From: Takakia lepidozioides
Taxonomy: Eukaryota > Plantae > Bryophyta
Length of the DNA stretch: 64,000 nucleotides
NCBI GenBank assembly: GCA_030704615.1
Contig: CM060731.1
Location: 992,001-1,056,000, forward strand
Direction: 5' to 3'
Shown one piece after another: positions 12,881 to 25,830 of the stretch (the stretch's first letter is position 1; each line of letters begins with the position of its first letter). A model generated the notes under the pieces. The model saw nothing but the letters and a program-made list of their open reading frames with translations, was not told the origin of the DNA and ran no database searches. The position numbers and the translations under genes are program-made.

Positions 12881-13834
12881 CAGCGCAACAACTGGCAGCG
12901 GCACGTTCAGTTGGCAACGGCCATTTCGAAACAACCATTCACCTCCTCTTCGTCTGAATTAGTGCTACGCGACAGTGGAATGGCTTATTGTTGTTGCCGA
13001 TCACGACTATTTCAATGGCATGTACATTGTGAAATAGGCGGGGGGATAGTTTTTCGTCCTCATCCGACCTCTCATCCATTACATATTCTTTTTGCATTTA
13101 TTTCTTACCGTTGTTGACGTATAGTTCATTAGGAAATCGTAAAATGGGTTGCATGCTTGCACCAGCACATGTGCTCCTCATCTTTCTTAGTGCTCACACG
13201 TTGGGTGGATTTGGCATAGTACTCCAGTTTGTACAGTCCCGGAATGCGGCACAGACTCGAAGCAGTCGAACATGGAACGGTTCGTGAGGTTGCAATGTCC
13301 ACCGTCCTCTGATCTTGTTAAGGTGAAGGCACAGGGAGACCAGGTGTTTCTGCTTGACAAAGTAATACTTGGAAGGATTAATCTGGACCCTCTCTCCCTT
13401 GTTGTTGAGGAGGAGGACGTGAGTGAAGGGGGGGCGTCACCGAAACCCGCATCTTGGATCCAGTTCGAGACGCCGGAAACAAGTCATGGGTTCTGCCATT
13501 TACAAATGAGGTCGTATACAAAGTATTTGGTGTCCGTGCAACAACAGACAGGCTAGAAGTCCTTGAAAATGTTGGATGGGACAGCCATCTTGCAAACAAA
13601 TCTATTACCAACCAAGAGAGAGAGGGAGAGAGGGAGAGAGAGACGGGGGGGAAAGAAAGAAAAACAAAGAGGTGGGCCCCCCCCCCAGAGTCCCATCCCC
13701 CGTCCCACCCCTCTCCCTGCCCCTTAACTCAAAGAAAAAGACCGCCCCCCCTTGCCACCCTCCGCCGTGGCAAGCCAAAAAAACCCGTTGCAATACCCCC
13801 TTGCCATGCCCGACCGTCGCAGAGGCCTTTTCCC

Positions 13835-16800
13835 CACTACAAGAGATGAGCGTTTTTAGGACTACGGCTTTGGCGGAGTCATAAAAACTGCACTAGGTAG
13901 ATGACTACAGAGCGTTGAAATGCATTGCAGTCATAGTTTTATGACTTTGTAGTAATGGATATCACTACATGACTCCTGAAAGTTAGGGAGCATTGGTCAA
14001 ACATTGTTGACCATGATGACAGGGATGGTTTATATGACTAGTGTGATATGTCTGACTACACGTGGACGACGTTTCATGGAATCTTATGACTCCATGACTG
14101 AAGATGGTTTCACAGCTCTATTTATACGACTACATCACTACACGTGTCATTTTGAAGGCACATATAATGCAAATAAGGTTGCCCATTAGGTTTAAAAAAG
14201 TTAAAAAATTGCTAATAAGGTTGCCCATTAGGGTAATCGTGAACAGAAAGGAGGGCTGGGACTTGGCGCTTTTTTGTTTCCTGCGCCACACCACATAGCC
14301 GAGGGATGGAACGCGATGATAGCAGGATATGCAGGGGCGTGGGATGGAGGCGTTGAGCAAATGATGCACGAAGGAGAAGAGGAGGAGGAGACGAGACGAG
14401 GAGAAGCGAGCTCGCCGTTCTTGGGAGAGCCAGCTTGGTCTTAGCATGCGTGTTTCAATCTCTGACTACTCAGCTACGCCGTAGTGGTTCGATCTCATAG
14501 ACCAATACCTGACTACAAACACAAGCAGCACACACAAGAGATCCTTTTAGGTTGATGGTCGGTCAAATCCTCCATGGGTCAGGACAGGTCAAGGACAATG
14601 TGGTAGGGTACCTTCTTCTTCAACCTATTTCAGCCTGCGTTGCCCTCTCATCAGACTCGGCCGCAAGATGCATATTGAATTCTGTAAGTTAGGTCGTTGG
14701 GTAGATTTGTGGTGGTTTGGAGTGACTTTGGCAAGTTACTGCCAGTGTGGCAGCATGGAAGTATCCAAAAACATATAATAGAGGTGAGGAGAAGCTTTGG
14801 GTGAACACTTTCCGACCCCAGTCATTGGTGGGACAATGGAGACAAAAAGGCGAATGCCTGTTGGACTACAGAGAGAAGCAGATGCATTTCAGATTGTGAT
14901 AAGTAGGGTTGGGGTGTTTTGGGGAAGAACTCCACACCAGTATGGTTGGGGTATTTGCTGGTAGAATTCTAGGCTGTCAGAGGCATGGATAGCTGAAGGA
15001 GCAGGGATAGAGTGTGGGTCCAGATTCATCCAAGAGGGCTGGATTTCAAGCTCCACATTACCTATGATTCCCTATGGAAGGATAGCTACAAGAAACCTAC
15101 ATGGGTAGATGGTCAACTGGAAGCGGCAGCAGCAGCAGCACAATTGATAAGGTCAGGCACTTCTACTGAAGGCACCTCCTTCAACACATTTCACCCTGTT
15201 TTCCCCTCTTATCCGTTTCTTGCAAGCTGTCTTCTCTTATCTGTTTGTCTGCCCAGTCTTCAGTGAATGCGTCAAGGCTTTGTGTTTTGGCTTCTTCCTC
15301 GCTTTTGTCACCGTCTCCCATGAATATCTCTGGTTGGCGCTCAAACCCTGCTGGGCTGTAGATGTTGTCCATGCCAATGCATTCTTCTTCACCAAATCCA
15401 TGTTTTTGCCCTAAATCCTTGATGTCTTGGCTGGATTTCTGCAGAATAGGCATCCCATCCCCTATTTTGGCCTTCTTTGCACTTCCCCGTGTCAACATGT
15501 TGATATGGGGTGTTGTTGTAGTCTTATTGGAGTGTGATCACTTATATGGTATATCTCGTCCAACTCATCCAGTGCCTCCAGCTCATTATGAGTGAACTGA
15601 CATGATACTTGTGCTGTTGGTTGCATCAGTACTCCGTGCTTGGCAATGGGTAAGCTTCTCCTCCTTCCACGTACTCATTGATCACTGCAAAAGGTACTCC
15701 ATACATCTTCCCTTGAGGTCATGCCCCTTTTTTTGCTTCTGTGATTGTTTCAGCTTTGCTGAAAGTTTGCCAAGACCCATGTTGGGTTAGTGTGTGACGA
15801 CTGTGTCTCATGTTATTACAGATTTTAGACAGTGTTCTTTGTTTGGGCCTTCTAAATGCCTTGTCTGATGGACTCAGGTTTGTCAAAATCAACTTGTATC
15901 CACTCTGCTTCCATGCTGTTGCTATCAGCAGTTTGTTCTTTTGTCAGCTGAACCCCGACAGGGCTTGGGTCTTCCCTTCTGCCCACATCAGAGCATTTCA
16001 CAATGTCTGTAGTTGCTTCATCCTTCCTCAACTCCGCCCTCTCTTTGGCAGGTTGCGCACCTTCACCACCTTTGTTGTTTTTTTATTTGCACATGGTATC
16101 TGCTGCTTGCGTATCCTCATTGTAGTATTGAATATGCCCTGTAGGCATTGGCCTTAAGTACAAAGCCATTGTGCTCACTCTGGGTTTGGGTCATAGAACT
16201 TGGCTGTCACTGTCAGCTGCTAGCAGCAAGGCGAGGATGTATGCATGATTTGTGCAGGGGCATGGATAGCTGAAGGAGCAGGGATAGATGTGTGGGTCCA
16301 CATTCATCCAAGAGGGCCGGATTTCAAGCTCCATATTACCTATGATTCCCTGTGGAAGGATAGGTACAAGAAATCTGCATGGGTAGATGGTCAACTGGAA
16401 GCCGCAGCAGCAGCGGCACAATTGATCAAATCAGGCACTGTTAATCAAGGCACCTTCTTCAACACATTTCACCCTGTTTTTCCCTCTTATCAAATCGGCC
16501 GTAAGTATTGCATTGTTTAACAGGGTCTTTGATTCTAGTAGCACCAGAACAAACTAGTATTACAACAATTCAGCCCATGTGTGGGCTTGCTTATTTTTTG
16601 CTTACTGGACCTTTTCAGGCATGGATTTTTGGACCTTGTGGCCTTTGAGGTGTCCATTGGGACATTGGTCTCATTTGGATTTTTGTAATATAATTTACAG
16701 GGGGTGAATTTCCTTGTACTTGTCTCCTTGTGGTTGCTAGTATGCAAGAGGGGTCCATTCTATTTTTATATCAGAATTTCACCATATAATGAAGAATTTA

Positions 16801-17358
16801 AATCATTTAATCTATTTTTATTTTATATAACATTATTAAATTAAACAATAATACCATTTAATAAAAAATTCCAAGCTGCTATCCCCTGTTTTCAAAAATA
16901 AAATATAAATTTAAGAATTTAAAATTACAAATATAATTATTAAATTATTTTCAGAGACATTCTTGATGACACGTGGCATAAACCCTGCCATATATGCTAG
17001 TCATATATTATGTCTAAGTGCCACATGTCACATCTAAAGTGCAACAGGTGTCGTGACGTGTCGCTTGCGCAGCGGTGCACGTGTTCCTCTAAAGTCTCTC
17101 CATGTAGGCAACGCTCATCAGACAATGTAGTCATATAGTTAGTCGTATGTAAGTCATAGAGTTGTAACTACATCACTCTCTTATGCATGACTCCAGGTGC
17201 CACGCACGCAGTCACGGCTATGACTTGCAAAATGCAGTCCTAAAGACTAGTCGCTATGACAAGGCTTTTTTCACTATAGAGTGATGTAGTCATGAACGCA
17301 TATAGGACTGAAAAAATAGTCATATGTGCAGTCATAAAAACGCTCATCTGTTGTAGTG
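13835..17358. mobile_element. Complete non-autonomous CACTA element (3524 bp)
   Basis: 29-bp TIRs CACTACAAGAGATGAGCGTTTTTAGGACT and CACTACAACAGATGAGCGTTTTTATGACT (reverse complement), 27/29 identical. 3-bp TSD CCC at 13832-13834 and 17359-17361. Many subterminal ATGACT/AGTCAT motifs; no transposase. Confidence 0.95.
14982..16491. repeat. About 232-bp direct repeat inside the inner CACTA (14982-15213 and 16259-16491)
   Basis: Both copies translate as WVxIHPRGxDFKLHITYDSLWKD...QLEAAAAAAQLI. Confidence 0.9.
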
Positions 17359-17670
17359 CCCCCTTCAAGCCACCTTGCCACGCAAGGGGGGCCGCCCCCC
17401 TCTGCGACGGCCAGGCGTGGCAAGAAAGGGCTACCTCTTGCCCTTGAGGCCACCTTGCCACGTCCCGGCGTCGCAGGATGGCCCCGGCGCTGTGGGGCGA
17501 CACCTGGGCGCTGGGTTGCAACGCTGCGGCGTCACAAGCAGCGCCGGGGCGCCGCCTTGCCACTCCCCGGCATCGCAAATCGGCGCCGTGGCTCCGGCGT
17601 TGTACACTCAGCGCCGCGCAGGGTGTGGGGGCGCGGCTGTCGTCACTAACCCCCCCTTTTTGCAGTAGTG
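17359..17670 (-). mobile_element. Terminus and GC-rich subterminal repeats of the outer CACTA (continues at about 13740-13834)
   Basis: Ends ...CCCCTTTTTGCAGTAGTG (reverse complement CACTACTGCAAAAAGGGG). CCTTGCCAC/GTGGCAAG and TGCGACGG/CCGTCGCA motifs occur on both sides of the inner element. Lies upstream of the minus-strand Tnp2. Confidence 0.75.
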
Positions 17671-18019
17671 CGTCGGCGTGAACCCTCCTGATTCAAAGTC
17701 GGAATCAGAACCTTCTTTGGAAGACATAGGAGGTGAAGGTGGCCTAAACCGCACACCTCATCGCTAGTGCTCGTACCGGCACTCTCCCCAGCAACTAGTG
17801 GCACCTCCGTGTTGACAAACTAACACTCAACCGGTCATGAACCTGTCTCTAACCCCCTTTCCACAAGGTATCCGGGTAGAGAACTTGTTGCGGTCTAGAT
17901 CTTAAAATTGCACATTTGTTTGTGAGCAGGTGACATGTGCCTTCGTTCAGCTCACATGAACATGCGTGTGTGGTTGTCCAGGTGGAGGGAGACATTATGG
18001 CAAAAGGCATTCTGCAGCT

Positions 18020-18607
18020 CATTAAGTCGGTGCAGACTTCCCAAACCGTGCAGAACAAAAGGGACAAGATGGGGAGTCTGTGCCGACTATCCATGTCGGC
18101 GCCATGTGCCTTCATGCTGCTCACATGAGCATACGCGCACGGTCCTGCCGCTAGAGGGAGGGCATGTGCGAGAAAGGCCTTGTCCACTTCCGGAAGTCGG
18201 TGCAGACTACCCAAACCACGGATGTGAGGCGGGACAGGACGGGAAGTCTGTGCCGACTATGCAATGTCGGGATGGGAAGTCTGTGCCAACAATCCAATGT
18301 CGGCAGTTAAAGTCGGTGCCGACTATCCATGCCGGCATGTGAGGTCTATGTCGACTACCCATGTCGGCATGTGAAGTCTTTGCCGACTATCCATGCCGGC
18401 ATGTCAGGTCTGTGCCGACTATGCATGTCCGCATGTGAACTGTCTGTCGACTCCCGAAAACTTCACAAGGAAGTCGGCACAGACTTCGCAGACCCGTGCG
18501 CACAAGCTGGGAAGTCAGCACAGACTTCCCGAAGTCTGTGGTGCTGCTGTTTTGATATTGTTCTATGTCCGATGGTGTTCCGTTTGGGAAGTCGGCACAA
18601 AATTCCC
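18020..18607. repeat. Array of about 13 palindromic AAGTC(G/T)GTGC(A/C)GACT motifs in the intron of MULE copy 3
   Basis: Copies in both orientations near 18023, 18074, 18194, 18244, 18277, 18310, 18374, 18407, 18471, 18512 and 18589, upstream of the acceptor TTACAG at about 18699. Confidence 0.9.
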
Positions 18608-18699
18608 AAAGTAAAAAAAGGGACGTATGCATTCAGTGCTACAAGAAGTCATTAAAATCAAAATACATTTCAGTTGACGGTGCTTTGTCGTGCTTACAG

Positions 18700-20076
18700 G
18701 GGTTGAGCTTGAAGGAGGATGCGGATATGCCAAACGTGAACATGTCAGAGTCCGTGCATGCTAGCTGGTAGGCTGGAAGTGGAACACAAAAAAGGGACAT
18801 GTACACAGCAACACGACACGATATTGTTCGAGCGCTTCTGCAGACAGCTGGATATAGAAAGTTCTTGATTGGAGGGCATAAGGGAGGTGGGCCAAATCGG
18901 GAGGAACTACTGTTGCATGCAGCATGGAGGTCCAATGATCCCGCGAAATGGGGGGAGGCGGTAAGGTCCTGCGTAGTGGGGACACCGTTGCACAACCGCG
19001 CAGATGGTTTAGACGGCGATCTGGTGACAAAGACCACAAAGCGGAACATAGTACTTTGCGACCTTCAAGATGACAAAGAAGAACTCTCTTGGAGGGCAGA
19101 CAGGAACCTGAAAACGGGACCCAGGAAGGCACATGGAGCAGGTGGATCAAGGGAGAACCCAGTTGAAACCAATTCAGATGAGGACATGCCTCCCGGAGGC
19201 ACAAGTCTGCCCGTCCAATATGGGAAGCCTGTTTTTTAGACGTTCGTGTCCACAGCAATATGGCATATTGCAAGAACAAGCGATGTATCTCGGGCCCACT
19301 GCTGGGCTATCCGGGTGGATAGCGGGGAGCCTTGCAAACAACCTATTCGCAGTTCCAAATCCCGGGGAGTTCCTGCCCCCGGTATGAGGGACTTTTCCGA
19401 CCCCTATACTTTGAAACTGCGAAGAAAAATGTGTTCTGGTTCTGTGCAAATGACATACAACAGTGTGTTCCGAGGAAGGAGTCACAAGGATGCCAAAGAC
19501 AGGCAAGATCCACCCCTTCTATGGCTGGTGATGGTGGGGACGAATTTGACCCAGGATGAAGTGGACTGCCTGTCTGCCGTAGGGTTCACACTTGTTCCCC
19601 AAGATGAGGTTCGTCAATCCCACGTGGATGCAGAGAGTGCAGCTACAATCAGCAGAGTCCCAGATCGTGACTATTACCCAAAAATACGGTGGAATAGGCC
19701 GTTGAACCGGAAGAAACAAACAGCGGTTATGCGGACCAAGGTCGGGTTGGCAATGTCTTTGACGGCGAGCGTCCAGTCCTTCCGTGATGTCCCTCACCCT
19801 GGAGTTGGCCGAGTTTACAGTGTGAGCACTGCAGGGTCCTCCAAAAAAGGGGAGGTTTACAACGTCGCCATCGGCACTTACCCGGAGTGCACCTGCATGG
19901 ATTTCCAGAAGATGCGAAAGTTGAAAGAATCTTATACTCACTGCAAGCACATTTACTACATCATCTTGCGACGTCTTCGAGTCTGTGCCGACTTGCCAGT
20001 GATAAACCACCCTACTTTAAGTATTAATGAGATCTGCTCCATGCTTCGGAATGACCCATGTTCTTGGTCGGAGTAG
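18700..20076 (+). pseudogene. MULE-like transposase 3' exon with SWIM (copy 3; exon 1 not found)
   Basis: MPNVNMSESVHASW*AGSG, where copy 2 has Q at the stop. Intact SWIM CTCMDF...CKH. Closely parallels copy 2. Confidence 0.85.
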
Positions 20077-20219
20077 AATTACAGTGAAATGTGTTCAGGA
20101 TGGTTTCCTGATGTGCACTATTTCTTAGTATGTATCATTTTCTTAGGTCCATTTTGCAGACGTCCTGGAGACCTATTCTGCATTTCTTTTCCCAGTCAGG
20201 CCGGGGTTTGTAAGGCTGG

Positions 20220-20745
20220 TGGAAAGTCTGTGCGGACATTGCAATTCAGACATAATTGTTATTCTCCATTTGTTTGTTTTTTGGACAGTTAATTTTGCAG
20301 ACCAAGAGAAGTCTGTGCCGACTGTGCATTTACGGTAAATTTGGAATTCTGCAATTGTAAAACTGTCCAATTCTGTGCCAACTTGTAAAGACCAACCCCG
20401 ATGGATACGTCGGATTTTGGTCCGTGCTGGTCTCATCGAACCACATGGATGCAAAGTCGTCACAGACCTCCGATGGATGGGAAGTCTACGCTGAATTTCC
20501 ATCCATTCTCATCCAACCCATATGGATGCAAAGATGGGAAGTCGGGGAGTGACTTTCCATCCATGCTGGTGTCATCGAACTAGCATGGATGAAAAGTCGG
20601 CACAGACTTCCGATGAATGGGAGGTCCGCACAAACTTTGCATCCATGCTCGTCTCATGCAACCCAGATGGATGCAAAGTCGGCACCGAATTACCATCCAT
20701 TGTCGTCTCATCCAACCCCGACGGATGAAAAGTCGATGCCAAATT
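20220..20745. repeat. Second array of the same palindromic motif, 3' of MULE copy 3
   Basis: AAGTCTGTGCCGAC, AAGTCGGCACAGACTT, AAGTCGGCACCGAATT and variants, interleaved with GGATG/CATCC. Confidence 0.85.
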
Positions 20746-23490
20746 CCATGATGGTCTCATCCAGCCCCGTCTAAGATGTAAATGCGCCGCCACCTTCCCG
20801 AGTACGGGGTATCCATGTTATAGATACCAACTCATTTTGAACTCTTTGAGCCATACGTTGGTGGCGTTTGGAACCAACAGTGATAGTGCATGGTGACTTG
20901 CCTCATGCCCAGAACGTGAGTGGCAACAAGAGGTTAAAGCACGATCTTTTTCATCAAGCCAATGCTTGGACCCTTCAAACCCAGTAACAAACCAGCCCAA
21001 GGTAGGGCCAGATGGTTTCAGTCACATGTGTGACGTTGGTTGTAGGTTTGGTACTCATTTGGGGTTCCAAAATGGGATGAGATTTACCTGTAGGGCAGCT
21101 TCCTGAAATTGCTTGAAGATATTGGCTGTTGGCTAGGTGGTGGTGCACCAGATTTGGACTTGGCTAGTTGTGGAACCCCCGCGGACACCTACAGAAGTAT
21201 ATATAGGGAGTAGTAACCCGGAGAACGGTGCAAGCCCATTGGTGACTAAGAGCTAGTGAGTAAGCGTGCGAGCCGGAAAGCGACCAAGGTGTGGGGAGCT
21301 ATTCCGGACTACCACCTACCAAAAGGAATTTCCACTAGGCCCAAGGTGGTGGAGGGTCTTTTGGAGGCGCAAGGGGGACCGTTATGCCCCGGTGAGCAGC
21401 CGAAGCTCCGAGTTGGCCCGGCGGCCAGTTTGGGAGTTAGGCGCGCGCATCAAAGCGAGTAACTATGACTTGAAGGGGAGACAGAAAAAAGAAGAAAAAA
21501 AGACATGTTTCATTTTAGTGCCCCTGACATGATTTCTGTGCGTACCTAGTAGGTGTGGTTATCACATACTCTAACTTATCCAATTGGATATTTTATCTCA
21601 TCAGCGTCCTTATAGAGAAATTTTCTTGTTTTGATAGCTGCTGATGAAAATACTACGAACATCATCCTAGAGATACATTCCTTCCCGTTCAGTTCGTGTC
21701 CATAGACATTCGAGACAAGAGCATCCGAGACGTGAATGAGGATGCAAAGTCAAAACAACTTGATTGGGAAATTAGTGTAGACAACTCGAGACACTACCAG
21801 CTGGCGAAACTCACACACACAACATTTCCATAGTGTCCAACATGCATATGATTATATGGCACTCAAAAGGGCAACTCACGAGTGACTCGCTGCCAGCCAG
21901 TAGATGAATGAAACAAAACCACGTTCTCATGAAGGCAGGGGTGTGCAGTGGGTAGTTGTGGACAAAAATCAGATCGTACGATCGCCTTTTCTTACTTGAA
22001 TGTTGGACTTCCAACCTGGAGATTTTCGTTGAGAAGTGCCCTAGGTGGGTCCGTTCATTTTAGGGTGGCTCAGAAGTATACGTCCAGTCTGTCTGTTCAC
22101 TGTCACAGTTTTTCATCCAACACCATATATCACACACAAAATAATATAATCAAACATGAAATAATACTCTTTAGATGACAAAATGGATTGACAAACCATC
22201 ACAACAAATGAAATAAAAATTGAAAATCTATTCACAATTTTATGGATTACTTTTCACAATACAGTCAAGATCATGTCCAGGCAGTGTCCATCTTTCATGT
22301 GCATAACTTTTAACAAGTAATTTTTTTACACAATCCACTTGATATGCATTTATTGACATGTAGACCAAAGAGGATGTTCAATTTCATGAATTTATAACTG
22401 TAAATGTGCATGCATAAAGTAAAATTGTAGATGCAAAACTCATGACATTTGTTGTAATTATCTATTCGCCAAAGCTCCACTTGACTACTTGAATACTTCA
22501 AGTATGACCATGTACTAAGAATAGGAGTAGATATTAATGATTTTAAATTCACAGTATTATTCCGCAATGTTGTAGTATTCATAGTATTGAAAGTATATTG
22601 GAAGTAATCTAAATTTTATTTTTTGTCCTTACAATATGTTGAATTTTTAAAAGGACGATCAGGGATTGGAGACCAAGACTCTTTGGCTATTATACAGTCA
22701 TCTTACCATCCACCTACAATAAAGACCTTGAAGGCAAGTCACGAATAAATGGTATAGTATTGCTACGCGTTGCTCTGGAAGCTTCAACGAGGGCCGCAAC
22801 GTTTACCGAGTTACGGAATGTGACGCAGCAAGGGGGTCGCCGGATAGATGCTTTTCAGCTGAAGCTAGAAGATAAATATATTAACCGTCTCTAAAGCGGA
22901 CTACGCCGTCCTGGTGGCCAAGCGCAGCGAGAATTCTAGTAGATTTGTAGTGGGCGATGATGGCTTGGGCTATGGTGACGTTGGGGAGGAGGAAGAGTGG
23001 ATGTCAACCACTTTCCTGACGATTCCGACGATTCCTGCTGAAAGGTTGTGCTCAGCTCTTTGCATCATAGACATAAGTAAAAGAATGGCAGTTTGGGTTG
23101 GAGGAGGGGAGGGTACATGTTTGCTGGTGCTTATTTGGATAGAACAGATCTTGAATGATAGTAAGTACATGTCATTCTTGTTCTACTAATGCAGTTATTA
23201 AGGAATCTGCCATGCATGGATTGTTATCTGGTTGCTCAAGAGATATGGAATATGAGGCTTTGAGCTGTTTGACGGGATGCCCACCCACATTGCAGATAAT
23301 TTTTTGCTTTTGTGGGAGGGATATCAATTCTCATGTATATTAGCGAATGATGTATGTGTTCAATAAGCCACTGTACTTAGTGTGTAGTGGTTAAAACAAG
23401 CACCAAGGGAGGTACAACAGCTACAGCTTCCAGCTTAATCATGTTCACATCTGAGCAGAACCTATTTCCTTGGTTGGTGATGGATTGCAG

Positions 23491-23583
23491 AAGGAATTTG
23501 AATTTCTTCATCTGGGTGGCACTCTATCTCAACAACAAAGAGAGAAGGTGCTGAAAGACTTCAGCAGCAACTCAAAGATACTT
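23491..23583 (+). pseudogene. Isolated exon of a RAD5-like SNF2 helicase (helicase C-terminal region)
   Basis: A 93-nt AG...GT-bounded exon encodes KEFEFLHLGGTLSQQQREKVLKDFSSNSKIL, resembling plant RAD5 FVRLDGTLSQQQREKVLKEFS. The conserved RLDG reads HLGG. No other exons were found. Confidence 0.7.
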
Positions 23584-23889
23584 GTAAGGTTTTCTTGCTA
23601 TCCCGGAGTTTGTCAGTTTGGGGATTGAATGAACTCCCTGAGAGAGAGAGAGAAGAACACAACACTCCAAGGTTTTTGGGTTACTTGTCACCCCACTCTC
23701 CCCCTAAAAAAACATTTAGAAATGCTAATGTGCAAAGAGAGGAGGACTATGTTCTGAACACTGTAGTTCTACACCTCTGCAATTCGATGTCTCAGTCTGT
23801 GTTCTGTGCAAAAATCTAGTGAGCTTCATGGATGACCTGAAGCTTGTCATTTCTCCCCTTATGACCATTATGCTGGGGAATTACAGAAC

Positions 23890-24794
23890 TTGAAAATTAT
23901 TCAAGGTGAGACATCAAGACAAATTAACAGTGATAAACTAGAAGATCAGGAAATCAGATCGGTGGGAAGTGGGAACACTACACCAGAAGAAGTTGCCAGT
24001 AATGTACTTGGTGAATGGTTACCACAAGAAAGATCTGAAGGACCTTCTACAGTAACAAGCCCAAATCGAGGTTTTGCTGAAATATTAGAAGAAAGATTTG
24101 AGAACATTTTGAGTGAAGAAAGTGAAAGAAGTGAAAGCACTTCTCCAGAAAGGATAACCAGAACTGCACTCAAAGCTTTTAAAGATTCATTAAGCTTAGT
24201 AGGGACAGCAGCTGGAAGACGGCTATCATTGGGACAAGGACCTCCCAGCTTTGAATCACTGTTTGGAAGACAAACACCAACACCACCACAACCAGTAGTA
24301 GCGGGACCATCCCAGTTGCACCAGCTGCACCGATGGCTTTAGCAGCAAGCAAAACCATTTCCTTTATATGATGGGAAATCTGATCCAGATATCCATCTGA
24401 ATCAATTTGAAAACATGTGCACCATTTACAATGAAGCAACAGACCAAGAGAAGATCCGACTATTTCCTTGTTCAATGGCTCGGAAAGGCATTGAATGGTT
24501 GGCAACTTTCCCAGCCAATCACTTTGCAAATTGGGCAGATATGAGAGCCGCGTTTCAAGAAAGATATAGATCCAACAAATCCACATCTGAAATCTTCACA
24601 AGATTACAGAACTTGAGACAGAAAAAAAAAGAATAAGTAGTCGACTACCTAGAGAGAATGAAGACTCTGATCAGGAAGCTACCTCAAGCACCAGGGGATG
24701 ATTTGCAAAAATCATGGTTCATCAATGGACTTCGTCCTGAATATGTAACCATGGTTATAGTCATGCCTAACAACACTTTGGCTGAAGCAGTATG
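23890..24794 (+). mobile_element. Ty3/Gypsy gag fragment (element A), truncated by an LTR
   Basis: KPFPLYDGKSDPDIHL..., IRLFPCSM...WLATFP...W..MRAAFQERY and WFINGLRPE; contains stops and frameshifts. Paralogous to the gag at 30.9 kb. Confidence 0.85.
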
Positions 24795-25454
24795 TGTCAC
24801 GCGGCTTTTACTCACCCATCCCTTCGCTATCCGAGGCGGAAACTCCAAGATAGAAGAGTTGGAAATCTCTAAGTACTCAGCCCGCTCAGAACAATCAGTC
24901 ATGACCTACAGCTAGTGTATCATGGGGGTGTTTCCTATTTGTTTTCCTTTCCGCATTCATGTTAGCTACCTGGCTATTGATAATTAAGTATCAGTTTGCT
25001 TCATCAATCTATCGGATTCCATCAACTCATCCATTCATTCCACAGCTTCACTCAGATCTCTCTACACAGTGTGATTGTATCGTATAAGTATCAGATTATG
25101 ATTTATCAGGTATCAGGCCGAAGCCATTGTGTCTCTAATCTGCTCTACAATATCACTACAGCTTTGCATATAACAAGCATATACTAATCATCTCTCCTCC
25201 TTCACCGTGCTCTCCATCTTTGCTTCCGTTCTTGCTCTCCGCCCGATCCCCTCTCATGCATGACCAAGTAGGCTCCCCGTGAAGTGTTTCCAAGAATCCT
25301 CCTTCTCAGTCATTGCTTCTCCCTTTATCTTCCTACCCGTGGCTCTAACCGTTTCCCTCACTAACCGTCGTCCGTGAACTAACATGTTCCATTTGCATGT
25401 GTTGTTCCCCACAGTCGTTCCCTGTCCTGCTCTCCGTTCCCTATGGTCGTGACA
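24795..25454. mobile_element. LTR-like sequence with TGTCACG...CGTGACA termini (probable solo or recombinant LTR)
   Basis: 7-bp inverted termini. TATA-like ATATAA near 25169 followed by a CT-rich tract. The flanks GTATG and GCTGT do not form a TSD. Confidence 0.6.
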
Positions 25455-25812
25455 GCTGTGTCAAGCTGTGACTGGCTGTGTGAAACTGTGACGGGTTGTG
25501 ACCGGCTGTGTCGGGCTGTGACTGGCTGTGCGACTATGTTTGGCTGTGTCGGGCTGTTACTGGCTGTGTGGCTGTGTCGGCTGTGACGGGCTGTGTTGGC
25601 TGTGATGGGCTGTGACGGGCTGTGTTGGCTGTGATGGGCTGTGTCGGGCTGTGTTGGCTGTGACGGGCTGTGTAACCCCCTTCTAAAGTGCGTTGTTGTC
25701 ACCCCTAAGGCTCCTGGTCTTAGTCTGTGCAAAAATTAAGGGTACCCTACAAATCCCGTATAAGTGTCTAAGTCCCAGACAGTCCTCTAACATTACCCCT
25801 TCCCCTCTCAAA
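25455..25812 (-). mobile_element. Polypurine tract and start of the 3' LTR of minus-strand Gypsy element B, with a GGCTGTG tandem array (25455-25672)
   Basis: The minus strand reads GAGAGGGGAAGGGGTAA then TGTTAG (LTR start at 25792), just after the stop of the extra ORF. Confidence 0.75.
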
Positions 25813-25830
25813 AAGCCGTGTCCTCACGGT

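Noticed and set aside
20816-21529. Solo LTR (TGTTA...TGACA with TATATA)
   Set aside because: No TSD, PBS, PPT or second copy in the window.
22655-22720. Minus-strand tRNA or tRNA-derived SINE
   Set aside because: The A and B boxes are too degenerate and no cloverleaf can be built.
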